A stretch of DNA of 64,000 nucleotides. Source: Candidatus Brocadiia bacterium. Lineage in GTDB: Bacteria > Planctomycetota > Brocadiia > CAIUPP01. The stretch's first letter is position 1. Each line of letters starts with the position of its first letter. The notes below the pieces were generated by a model that was not told the DNA's origin, ran no database searches, and was given only the letters and a program-made list of their open reading frames with translations. Location of the stretch: contig JBEKCB010000014.1 in the NCBI GenBank assembly GCA_050015075.1, positions 1 through 64,000 of the forward strand, in the 5' to 3' direction. The translations under genes were made by a program, and so were the position numbers. Of this stretch, positions 10,416-18,543 are shown piece by piece.

Positions 10416-12188
10416 CTACTTCGCGCCGGGCATCGCCTCGCCCAAGGTGTCAACCACCGTGACGCCCTCGACCTTGACTCCCTTTCGGCCGGCCAGGTCA
10501 ATCCCGCTCTCCCGCACCATCGTCTCGAAGAGGTGCAGCCGCGGGTCGCCGCCGGTCTTCACCATGATCCGTTTGGCCGCCGCATCGAAGGTGAACTCAG
10601 TCCACGGCCGGCCGTCGCGGAGCAGTTTCTTCGGCTCGGCGGTCAGCGGCGCCCACCATGATCCGCCTTCGCCGCGAGTCCAACCGGCGACTTCGTCCGC
10701 CCCGCTGATCATCACCTTCTCATCCTTCATCGCCCGGATCGTCACCCTGTCGCTGGCCGGACGAAGCGTCTCGCGGTACACGCCGCCGCGGAGCATGATC
10801 GTCTCGCCCGCCTGGGCTATCGCGCATGCCTTGGAGGCCGTCGCCAGCGGCACGGCCGGATAGCCCCACGCCGGCTCGTCCGCCGCCGCCGGGTGACGCG
10901 GGTCCACGTACCAGACGTTGGGCCATTCCAAGGCCCCGAGCGTCACGCCGCCCTTGCCCGCGCCGATGGCCGGGCTGCCCTTGCGCAGGCGGAAATCCCG
11001 ATTCTTGGGATCCACAAGGAGCGGGTCCTTGCCGTTGATATTCGTCGGGGCGGTGAGCGCCCAGGTGTTGTTCGTCAGGTTATATTCCACTACCGGGTTG
11101 GAGGGCGCGGGAAAGTCCATGCGATCGTCAACGGCCCTCGGCGCGTCGCAGAGAATGTTGTTGAGGATATGTCCGTTGGTTGACTCCTTGCCCCGCAGGC
11201 CGACGCAGGCCCACCCCACCTGGGAGACAGTGCAATTCTCGACCGTCACGTTGGGCGTCACGCAAACGTCCGGGCCCCAGCCTCCGTGCATCGTCGGCGA
11301 GTTGGGACAATAGATGTCGCCCCGGAAGGTCCAGTTCCGCACGTTGCCGATGCGCGGAGCGCCATCCACCATGCAGCCTTCATGGTAATCGCAGATCATG
11401 TTGTATTCGATAAGCGCGTCCAGCGCGATTTCGCCGTTGTCCGTGAACGTCTGAATGCCGTCCACGTGGGCGACCTTGATTTCCTTCTGGGTGGTGCCGT
11501 GGAAGTAGTTGTATCGCTCCACACAGCCCTTGCCGAAGAACCGCGAGTAGTCGCAGTCGTCGAAGTTGCGGCCCGGGAGGTACATCCACAGCCGGCACAC
11601 CTCGTTGTTCTCCACCATCCAATCATTCCCGCCCATCACGAAACCATAGTCGCTGTGATAGACCTTGTTATAGGCGATCCGGTTGTGCGCCACCGCCGAG
11701 TAGTCCCGGTTGCCGTCGGCTTTAACCACGCCCACGGTCCCGTTGACAGCCTCCATCATGGCGTGGACATAGTTGTCCAACACCTCGCAGTAACTTCCGT
11801 TCAGTTGCACGGCAGTCTCGGCCTTCTCTTCCGTGATCTCGAAGCCCGCCACGCGGATGTAACTGGCCGCCAGGTCGAACCCGCTCACGATGGCCGATCG
11901 CCGCGGCATGGCCTGGAACGTGATCGGCTTCCCCTCCGAGCCGCCGGTCTTGACCTTGACCCGCTCGTCGTACCGGCCCGCCATAACATAGACAGTGTCG
12001 CCCGGCTTGACCACGTCGGCCGCGCGCTGAACCGTCTTGAAGGGATTCTCTTCCGCGCCCGTGTTCGTGTCGGCCGCGCCGGGCGCCGCCTGGTCCACCA
12101 CGTACACGGACCCTAGCGCCGCGCGGGCATTCAACGAGATCGCCGACAATACAACCAGGCAGAAAGAGCTCCAGCGCGCAAGCTTCAT
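10416..12188 (-). CDS. Secreted right-handed parallel beta-helix protein (DUF1565/pectate-lyase-like)
   Basis: Signal peptide; PFKTVQRAADVVKPGDTVYVMAGRY cap; N/I-rich beta-helix repeats; DFRLRKGSPAIGAG tail motif. Confidence 0.8.
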   Translation of the reverse strand: MKLARWSSFCLVVLSAISLNARAALGSVYVVDQAAPGAADTNTGAEENPFKTVQRAADVVKPGDTVYVMAGRYDERVKVKTGGSEGKPITFQAMPRRSAIVSGFDLAASYIRVAGFEITEEKAETAVQLNGSYCEVLDNYVHAMMEAVNGTVGVVKADGNRDYSAVAHNRIAYNKVYHSDYGFVMGGNDWMVENNEVCRLWMYLPGRNFDDCDYSRFFGKGCVERYNYFHGTTQKEIKVAHVDGIQTFTDNGEIALDALIEYNMICDYHEGCMVDGAPRIGNVRNWTFRGDIYCPNSPTMHGGWGPDVCVTPNVTVENCTVSQVGWACVGLRGKESTNGHILNNILCDAPRAVDDRMDFPAPSNPVVEYNLTNNTWALTAPTNINGKDPLLVDPKNRDFRLRKGSPAIGAGKGGVTLGALEWPNVWYVDPRHPAAADEPAWGYPAVPLATASKACAIAQAGETIMLRGGVYRETLRPASDRVTIRAMKDEKVMISGADEVAGWTRGEGGSWWAPLTAEPKKLLRDGRPWTEFTFDAAAKRIMVKTGGDPRLHLFETMVRESGIDLAGRKGVKVEGVTVVDTLGEAMPGAK

Positions 12189-12232
12189 CGCACTCTCCTC
12201 GAAGTAATTCCGCCCGACGGTCAGTTTCCAGG

Positions 12233-12265
12233 CATGAGATTATACAGTCGAATTGCCGCTGTCAA
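12233..12265 (-). promoter_or_regulatory. Repeated sigma70-like promoter element, copy A
   Basis: Minus strand reads TTGACAGCGGCAATTCGACTGTATAATCTCATG, upstream of the beta-helix gene. Confidence 0.75.
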
Positions 12266-12284
12266 CATTTCGACGGTCCGTCAC

Positions 12285-13319
12285 TCAGGGTTCCTTCTCG
12301 TAGACCGCCACATCAACAAATGCCGTCTTCGCTGAAGTCTGCGGCGCCCGCCGCGCAAGCACCGTCGTCTGTCGGAACCCGGCGCGCCGCAGCACATGGT
12401 CCTTCCCCGTCCAGCCGACATCCGCGTACGCTATGAAATGGCCGCCCGGCGGCAATGGCAGTGAATCCAGCAGGTCGCCTGCCCGATCCCAGAAATCGGG
12501 ATGACAGAAGAGGTCCACCAAGCGCAACTCCGCCCAGATGGGGTGACTGCCGCACGTGGCGAAGCCGACGCCCGCGCCGCTTTGCCTGCTCCGCAGGACC
12601 AGCGCGCTCGGTTCTTTCCCTTCAACCGGATGCCGGTTTTCGTAAAGCGCCTTCAAGATATAACCTTCCCCGGGATTGCGCCCAATGAGGCCTAACCGGG
12701 CGCAGCGAACCTGGCCCTGGAAGTCGCCGACGAGCAAGGGCGCGAGAACCGGCCAGTGCGCCATAGTCAGCGGTTCTATTTCAGTATCCGCCCGCGCAAA
12801 CCAGGAAGCCTCGAACTCTTCGCGTGTGGCGGCGTAGTACTCCATGTAGCCGCTCTTGTCCTCGATCCCCTGAAACCCGTGGCAAGCATAAATGCGGTAT
12901 GCCGGAGACCCGAATCCTGTGCCGAGAAACAGCGCGCGTCCGCCGCGCACGCGAAAATGCTCCATCTGGAGTGTCATTAACTTGTCGCATGCGCCTTTGC
13001 GGCGATCTTCAGGACGGGTGAAAACGTGGCCGAAATGACCGACGCCCTTCACCTCGGATGTCATGATGTTCGAGAAAGGGACGCCATCACGATGCAGAAC
13101 GTAGAAGAAGGTCTCCACGCCAGTCAGTTTGGTCAGGTTTTCCGCGTTTCCCCAGTTCCATAGTTCGCCCTTATGCGCCAGGAATCCCTTGAGCCGATCC
13201 GCCCACGCGGCATCCGGCGCTGCGATGACCGCGGCTTCCACGCGCTCTCCGGTCTTCAAGACAACTGTCCCGAGGTCCTGTTGCATAGTGTTTCTCTCAT
13301 CATCTCCTGATGCTGTCAT
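12285..13319 (-). CDS. GNAT-family N-acetyltransferase (probably tandem GNAT domains)
   Basis: Motif A VFTRPEDRRKG, AYRIYACHGF, and a second degenerate LRRAGF at the C-terminus. Alternative start at 13286. Confidence 0.75.
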   Translation of the reverse strand: MTASGDDERNTMQQDLGTVVLKTGERVEAAVIAAPDAAWADRLKGFLAHKGELWNWGNAENLTKLTGVETFFYVLHRDGVPFSNIMTSEVKGVGHFGHVFTRPEDRRKGACDKLMTLQMEHFRVRGGRALFLGTGFGSPAYRIYACHGFQGIEDKSGYMEYYAATREEFEASWFARADTEIEPLTMAHWPVLAPLLVGDFQGQVRCARLGLIGRNPGEGYILKALYENRHPVEGKEPSALVLRSRQSGAGVGFATCGSHPIWAELRLVDLFCHPDFWDRAGDLLDSLPLPPGGHFIAYADVGWTGKDHVLRRAGFRQTTVLARRAPQTSAKTAFVDVAVYEKEP

Positions 13320-13392
13320 GGCCCCTCGCGCGTCAGCCGTATCATACTCCTTCGCCCGGCGGAATCAAGGAACCCGTCCGCCGGGAAGCTGC

Positions 13393-13425
13393 TTGACAGC
13401 GGCGATTCAACGGTATAGTCTCATG
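13393..13425 (+). promoter_or_regulatory. Repeated sigma70-like promoter element, copy B
   Basis: TTGACAGCGGCGATTCAACGGTATAGTCTCATG, followed by hairpin GTCCT-TCGG-AGGAC. Confidence 0.75.
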
Positions 13426-13498
13426 TTTGAAGGCCGACCGTCCTTCGGAGGACACAGTCCAATGGATTTGAGACGCGCCTAACTAAGTGAGGTTAACA

Positions 13499-13870
13499 AT
13501 GTCGAAGAAAGACGGAATCAAGTGGCTCAGCGAGCCGGAAGAACAAGACTATCCTGCAACGCTGTCGTACTTGTCCTTGCTCTACGATGCTAAGACGGCT
13601 GCTGCCTATGTTAATAAATTGAAACGCGCGCCGATATCAGAATTCAAAGCAAAGGACATCTTCAGAGCATCCGGTTTATCATTGCTCGGGACCGGCAATT
13701 CTCATGTCGCAAAAGATCAGCAGAGAATAGAGTCGGGGCGCAAGTTATCGCCTCTTCTATTGGTGAGAGATGCAGCCAATGGAAAAGTCATCATCGCGGA
13801 CGGATATCATCGCTTATGCGCAGTCTACGCTAATAATGAGGATGCCGTAATTCCCTGCAGAATCGTGTAA
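13499..13870 (+). CDS. Small ParB/Sulfiredoxin-like hypothetical protein (low GC)
   Basis: PLLLVR...IIADGYHRLCA resembles the ParB/Srx N-terminal DGxHR motif; GAGG RBS; visibly more AT-rich than the flanks. Confidence 0.7.
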   Translation: MSKKDGIKWLSEPEEQDYPATLSYLSLLYDAKTAAAYVNKLKRAPISEFKAKDIFRASGLSLLGTGNSHVAKDQQRIESGRKLSPLLLVRDAANGKVIIADGYHRLCAVYANNEDAVIPCRIV

Positions 13871-13876
13871 CCCCGC

Positions 13877-13909
13877 TTGACAGCGGCCATCCGACCCTAT
13901 AATCTCACG
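13877..13909 (+). promoter_or_regulatory. Repeated sigma70-like promoter element, copy C
   Basis: TTGACAGCGGCCATCCGACCCTATAATCTCACG, starting 7 bp after the upstream stop codon. Confidence 0.75.
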
Positions 13910-13973
13910 TTCGAAAGCTGCCTCCCTTTGACGGCATGGCAGGTATCTGTTTCAGAAAACAAGGATCCCTTGG

Positions 13974-15878
13974 ATGAAAAGCTTTTGGGGACGCCCGGCG
14001 CAAATGTTATTGCTGCCCGTTCTTCTCGTCGCTTCCCGCGGCGCCGCGCGCGCAGAGGAACCGCTCGACGCCGGCCGCATCCGCGAAATCGCCGCGACGT
14101 TGCCGGAGCATGCTGCGGGTCCCGGCCAGCCGATCAGCAACCGCGCCGCGTGGGAAGCTCTCGACACTCGCCACCCGGAGGCGAAGGACGTGATCGCGAA
14201 CGCGGTCAGACGCGCCGCCCAGCCGTTACCGGAACAGCCGGACTCCTTGTATCTGGAATTTTCCAAGAACGGCGACCGCGAGCGCTGGCAGAATGTCGCC
14301 TACAACCGCCGCATACGAATTCAGGTTTTCACCCTGGCCGAGTGCCTTGAAAACAAAGGCCGTTTTCTGGCGCCGCTGGAGCAGACCATCGCGGCGCTCT
14401 GCGCCGAACGGACGTGGGTATTGCCCGCGCATGACGGAGACTTGAAAAATTTTCGCGGCGAGACGGTTGAAATTGATCTGGGCTCGGCGGGTCTCGGCGT
14501 CGAACTGGCCACGGCGAGTTATCTGCTCGGCGATCGGCTGTCGGATGCGACACGGAAATTGATCCGTGAAAATCTGGAGCGCCGCATCTTCGCGCCGTAT
14601 CACGCCGCCGTGAACGGAACCAGCAAGGAATTCTGGTGGATGCGCGCCGGGAATAACTGGAACGCCGTCTGTCTCAACGACGTCACCGGGACGGCGCTGC
14701 AGACATTGGATTCGGCGGAGGAACGCGCGTGGTTCATCGCCGTTGCGGAGAAACTCATCGGCCACTACCTGGCCGGCGGTTTCACGCCTGACGGTTATTG
14801 CGTGGAAGGTCTGGGTTATTGGAACTACGGTTTCACGAAGTTCGCGTTGCTGGCCGAGAACGTCCGCCAGGCCACCGGCGGCAAAGTTGATTTGCTGGCC
14901 AGGCCGCAGGCCGTGCAGCCCGCGCTGTTCGGCCTCCGCTCGGACATTCTCGGCGGCGTCTACACGACCATCGCGGACAGCGACCCCGGCGACCAGCCGT
15001 CGGGCATCCTGATGAGTTACCTGTACCGGCGTTTCGGTTCGAACTTCGCGCGCTGGCGCGACGCAAAGCTGGGCGGCACCCTTTATGAACAGATGACGTG
15101 GGGATTTCTGCCGGCGGACCTTCCGCAAATTCGTTCCGAAGAGAACCTCGGCGAAGTTCCCTGGCGAAGCTGGTTCCCCGACGGCGGCGTGCTGATCTGC
15201 CGTCCCGGGCCCGGTGCGAAAGTCCCGTTCGCCGTCGCCATCAAAGGGGGTAACAACGGCGTCAACCACGGCCACACCGACGTGGGCAGCTTCAGCGTCG
15301 TGGCCGGGAAGACGATGGTCATCTGCGATCCGGGCGGCGAAGTTTACACCGCGCGCACGTTCAGCGCGCATCGCTTCGACAGCAAGGTGCTGAACTCCTT
15401 CGGTCACGCAGTGCCGCGGATCGCGGGGCAGTTGCAGCGGGCGGGCGCCGAGGCGCGCGGCGTGGTGCTTGCCCAGATTTTCACCGAGGCGGCCGACACG
15501 CTCACGCTCGACTACCGCTCGGCCTATCCGGTGGCGGATTTGCAGAAGCTTCAACGCACGTTTCTTTTTTCACGGGGAGATTCGCCGTCGCTCGAAGTGC
15601 GCGATGAAATAAAACTTGCGTCGCCGGAAACTTTTGAGTCCGCGCTCATCACCTGGGGAACGATCCGCCACGTCAGCGCGAACGAACTGGAAATCGCCGA
15701 CGGTGAAGACGCGGTGCGTGTGACCATTGACACGCAGGGCCGCGCGTTTGAATTCAAGCAGGAAACGATTGACGAAAATGTTGACTCCAAACGGAAGCCG
15801 GTCCGCCTCGGCATCGCGCTCACCGCGAAAGTTGCCACGGCGACCGTCACGCTGCGGATTTCGCCGGTGATAAAATAA
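13974..15878 (+). CDS. Heparinase II/III-family protein (polysaccharide lyase-like)
   Basis: Signal peptide; NNWNAVC, DGYCVEGLGYWNYG, NHGHTDVGSF, DPGGEVY, SFGHAVP motifs. Confidence 0.85.
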   Translation: MKSFWGRPAQMLLLPVLLVASRGAARAEEPLDAGRIREIAATLPEHAAGPGQPISNRAAWEALDTRHPEAKDVIANAVRRAAQPLPEQPDSLYLEFSKNGDRERWQNVAYNRRIRIQVFTLAECLENKGRFLAPLEQTIAALCAERTWVLPAHDGDLKNFRGETVEIDLGSAGLGVELATASYLLGDRLSDATRKLIRENLERRIFAPYHAAVNGTSKEFWWMRAGNNWNAVCLNDVTGTALQTLDSAEERAWFIAVAEKLIGHYLAGGFTPDGYCVEGLGYWNYGFTKFALLAENVRQATGGKVDLLARPQAVQPALFGLRSDILGGVYTTIADSDPGDQPSGILMSYLYRRFGSNFARWRDAKLGGTLYEQMTWGFLPADLPQIRSEENLGEVPWRSWFPDGGVLICRPGPGAKVPFAVAIKGGNNGVNHGHTDVGSFSVVAGKTMVICDPGGEVYTARTFSAHRFDSKVLNSFGHAVPRIAGQLQRAGAEARGVVLAQIFTEAADTLTLDYRSAYPVADLQKLQRTFLFSRGDSPSLEVRDEIKLASPETFESALITWGTIRHVSANELEIADGEDAVRVTIDTQGRAFEFKQETIDENVDSKRKPVRLGIALTAKVATATVTLRISPVIK

Positions 15879-15934
15879 TCTTTCGGTCGTAATTCTCCTT
15901 TCAGTCGGCGGTTGATCTGGAAAGCGACGTTTCC

Positions 15935-18319
15935 GTGAACATCCGTCGCGCCGTGATGGTGCTTAGTTGTATGGCGCTATGCTCAGGACGTATGGCGGCG
16001 CCGGCGGCCGATCGGGTTGCCGCAACGGACAAGAACCTTGTCGTGAACGGGGACTTCAAGGCAGGGACCGAAGGCTGGAGCGCGCTCTGGACGCGGGATC
16101 CCGGGGCCGGAAAGGCCGCTCTGGACGCCGGCGAGCGACACAGCGGGCTGCAGGCCATCCGCATCGAGCATGCGGGCGACAAGGACTGGAGCCTGGCGCA
16201 GACTCTGCAGCTCGACGTCAAGCCCGGCGAGATTTTCGAACTGTCTGCATGGGTTCGCCTGCAAGGAAATGGAAGCGCGACGCTGGGCGTCGTCACTCGC
16301 GACGCGGGCGGCCAGGTTCTGAGTTGGGACTACGGCGGACGGACAGAGCGCCAAACCAAGGGCTGGCTTCCGCTCCGCACCCGCTTCATCATCCCCAACA
16401 GCGTCGCCTCGATCCAGTGCCGCCTCATCGGCTATGGCCCCGCCACCGTCTGGCTAGACGACGTCGTCCTGACTCGGCAGGGCGATTTGAGCACGCTCCG
16501 CAACAAGGACCTGCCCGCCCTGCTGACCGTTCGGAACGATGTCTTCGAAGTCACGCTCCACACCGCCGACGGCGCAATCGGCATAAAGGACCGACGCGCG
16601 GACCGCTCTTGGTTGCCGCGCGGCGACGAGAGTCCCCTGGTTGTCCTGGACGCGAAGGCGGTGGCCGGCGGCCTGGAAGTCCGCCTCCTCGACGCGGCGG
16701 CGATGCGTGAGATCGCCGCAACGATCCGGCTGGATGAGGACCGGCCTGAATGTGTCGTCACGCTCAAGGCCGAAGGCGCGATGGAAGGGCCGCTCCTCTG
16801 GCCGGCTCCATTCGCCTCCGCCAAAGGCCAGCTTCTGATCCTTCCCGTCAACGAGGGGATCAGTTACCCCGCCGACGATTCGTCCCTTCCACCGATGGAA
16901 TATTACCTCTACGGCGGACATGGACTCTGCATGCCGTGGTACGGCGCTACGGACGGCGAGGCGGGCTGGATGGCCATCGTGGAAACGCCCGACGACGCCG
17001 CTGTGCGCATCCCGCGCCGGGACGGCCTGCTCGGGCTTAGCCAGGAGTGGCAGCCGCAGAAAGGGCGATTCGGCCCGGAGCGAGTCATCCGGTACGTCGT
17101 CCTCGACCGCGGCGGTTACGTGGCCATGGCCAAGCGCTACCGCGAATTTGCGAAGAAGACGGGGCTGTTCAAGACGTTGGGCGAGAAGCGCTTGGCGCTG
17201 CCCGCAGTGGACCTCCTCGTCGGCGCCGTGAACGTCTGGTGCTGGGACGCGGACGCTCCCGCGATCTGCCGCGACATGCAGTCGCACGGCATCCGGCGCA
17301 TCCTCTGGAGCAATCAGTGTCCGCCCGACGATCTCAAGGCCCTGAACGACCTGGGCGTGCTCACCAGCCGGTACGACATTTACCAGGACGCGATGAACCC
17401 TGAGAACTTCGCGAAACTCCGGTGGCTCCATCCCGACTGGACCAGTGACGCGTGGAAAAACGGCGACCTCCTGATCGGCAGCGACGGCGAGTGGGTGCGC
17501 GGGTGGCAGGTCGAGGCAAAAGACGGCTCAATGATCCCTTGCGGCGTCCTCTGCGACCGGCAGGCGCTGGCCTACGCCAGGAGGCGCATTCCGCCCGAGC
17601 TGGCCACTCACCCCTACCGCTGCCGGTTCATTGACACGACCACCGCGAGCCCGTGGCGCGAATGCTACGACCCGCGGCATCCGATGACGCGTACCGAGAG
17701 CAAGCAATACAAGATGGAACTGTTGCGTTACGTCTCCGGGGACTGCGGCCTGGTGTGCGGCAGCGAGACCGGCCACGACGCGGCTGTCCCCTACGTGCAC
17801 TATTTCGAGGGCATGTTGAGTCTCGGCCCCTACCGCGTCCCGGACGCGGGGCGGGATATGATGCGCGTCTGGGATGAGGTGCCGGATCTGGTCGCCAAAT
17901 TCCAGACCGGCCACGTCTATCGTCTCCCGCTGTGGGAGCTTGTTTACCACGACTGCGTCGTGGCGCAATGGTATTGGGGCGACTACAACAATAAACTCCC
18001 GACGCTGTGGGACCGGCGCGACCTCTGGAACGCCCTCTATGGCACGCCACCGATGTTCATGTTCAGTCGAAAAAGCTGGGAGGCGAACCGCGACCGTTTT
18101 GTGCAGAGCTACAAGGCCACAGCACCGGTGGCGCGGGCGACAGGGTATGCCGAGATGCTTTCGCACGAGTGGCTGACCGCCGACCACGCCGTCCAGCGGA
18201 CGCGGTTCGCCAACGGCGTCGTCGTGACGGTCAACTTCGGCGGCACGCCGTACCTGCTGCCCGACGGCACGAATCTGCCGCCGCTGGCGCGCCATGTGGA
18301 CGGGGCCGTGCAGGACTGA
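15935..18319 (+). CDS. Secreted glycoside hydrolase (GH101/GH129-like) with an N-terminal CBM4/9-like domain
   Basis: NLVVNGDF...VWLDDV carbohydrate-binding module; catalytic-like FIDTT, GSETG, PLWELVYHDC; C-terminal VQRTRFANG. Confidence 0.7.
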   Translation: MNIRRAVMVLSCMALCSGRMAAPAADRVAATDKNLVVNGDFKAGTEGWSALWTRDPGAGKAALDAGERHSGLQAIRIEHAGDKDWSLAQTLQLDVKPGEIFELSAWVRLQGNGSATLGVVTRDAGGQVLSWDYGGRTERQTKGWLPLRTRFIIPNSVASIQCRLIGYGPATVWLDDVVLTRQGDLSTLRNKDLPALLTVRNDVFEVTLHTADGAIGIKDRRADRSWLPRGDESPLVVLDAKAVAGGLEVRLLDAAAMREIAATIRLDEDRPECVVTLKAEGAMEGPLLWPAPFASAKGQLLILPVNEGISYPADDSSLPPMEYYLYGGHGLCMPWYGATDGEAGWMAIVETPDDAAVRIPRRDGLLGLSQEWQPQKGRFGPERVIRYVVLDRGGYVAMAKRYREFAKKTGLFKTLGEKRLALPAVDLLVGAVNVWCWDADAPAICRDMQSHGIRRILWSNQCPPDDLKALNDLGVLTSRYDIYQDAMNPENFAKLRWLHPDWTSDAWKNGDLLIGSDGEWVRGWQVEAKDGSMIPCGVLCDRQALAYARRRIPPELATHPYRCRFIDTTTASPWRECYDPRHPMTRTESKQYKMELLRYVSGDCGLVCGSETGHDAAVPYVHYFEGMLSLGPYRVPDAGRDMMRVWDEVPDLVAKFQTGHVYRLPLWELVYHDCVVAQWYWGDYNNKLPTLWDRRDLWNALYGTPPMFMFSRKSWEANRDRFVQSYKATAPVARATGYAEMLSHEWLTADHAVQRTRFANGVVVTVNFGGTPYLLPDGTNLPPLARHVDGAVQD

Positions 18320-18442
18320 ATGGCGCAAGACGAACGGGCCTCACCCGTCGCAACCTGCCAACTCCGGCCCGCCGGAAAACGCGCGCTCCTCCCGCTTCAA
18401 AGCGCGCCGCGCAATGCAGGCGGCGGAAAATCGGCGGCAGGA

Positions 18443-18471
18443 TTGACACACGGCGCGGGCTTTGGTAGGAA
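18443..18471 (+). promoter_or_regulatory. Possible sigma70 promoter of the large membrane operon
   Basis: TTGACA-17 bp-TAGGAA with an upstream TG; the -10 element is weak. Confidence 0.35.
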
Positions 18472-18543
18472 CTCCCTAGGCGATTTGCGCTGCGACGCAA
18501 GTCCGACCCGCCGACGGTTTAAGAAAAGGACCCGGCACGATTG

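Noticed and set aside
13393-13909. Integron attC interpretation of the repeats (GCCTAAC...GTTAACA near 13477-13498)
   Set aside because: Only 8 nt separate the putative R boxes, there is no attC-length palindrome, and no integrase is present in the window.
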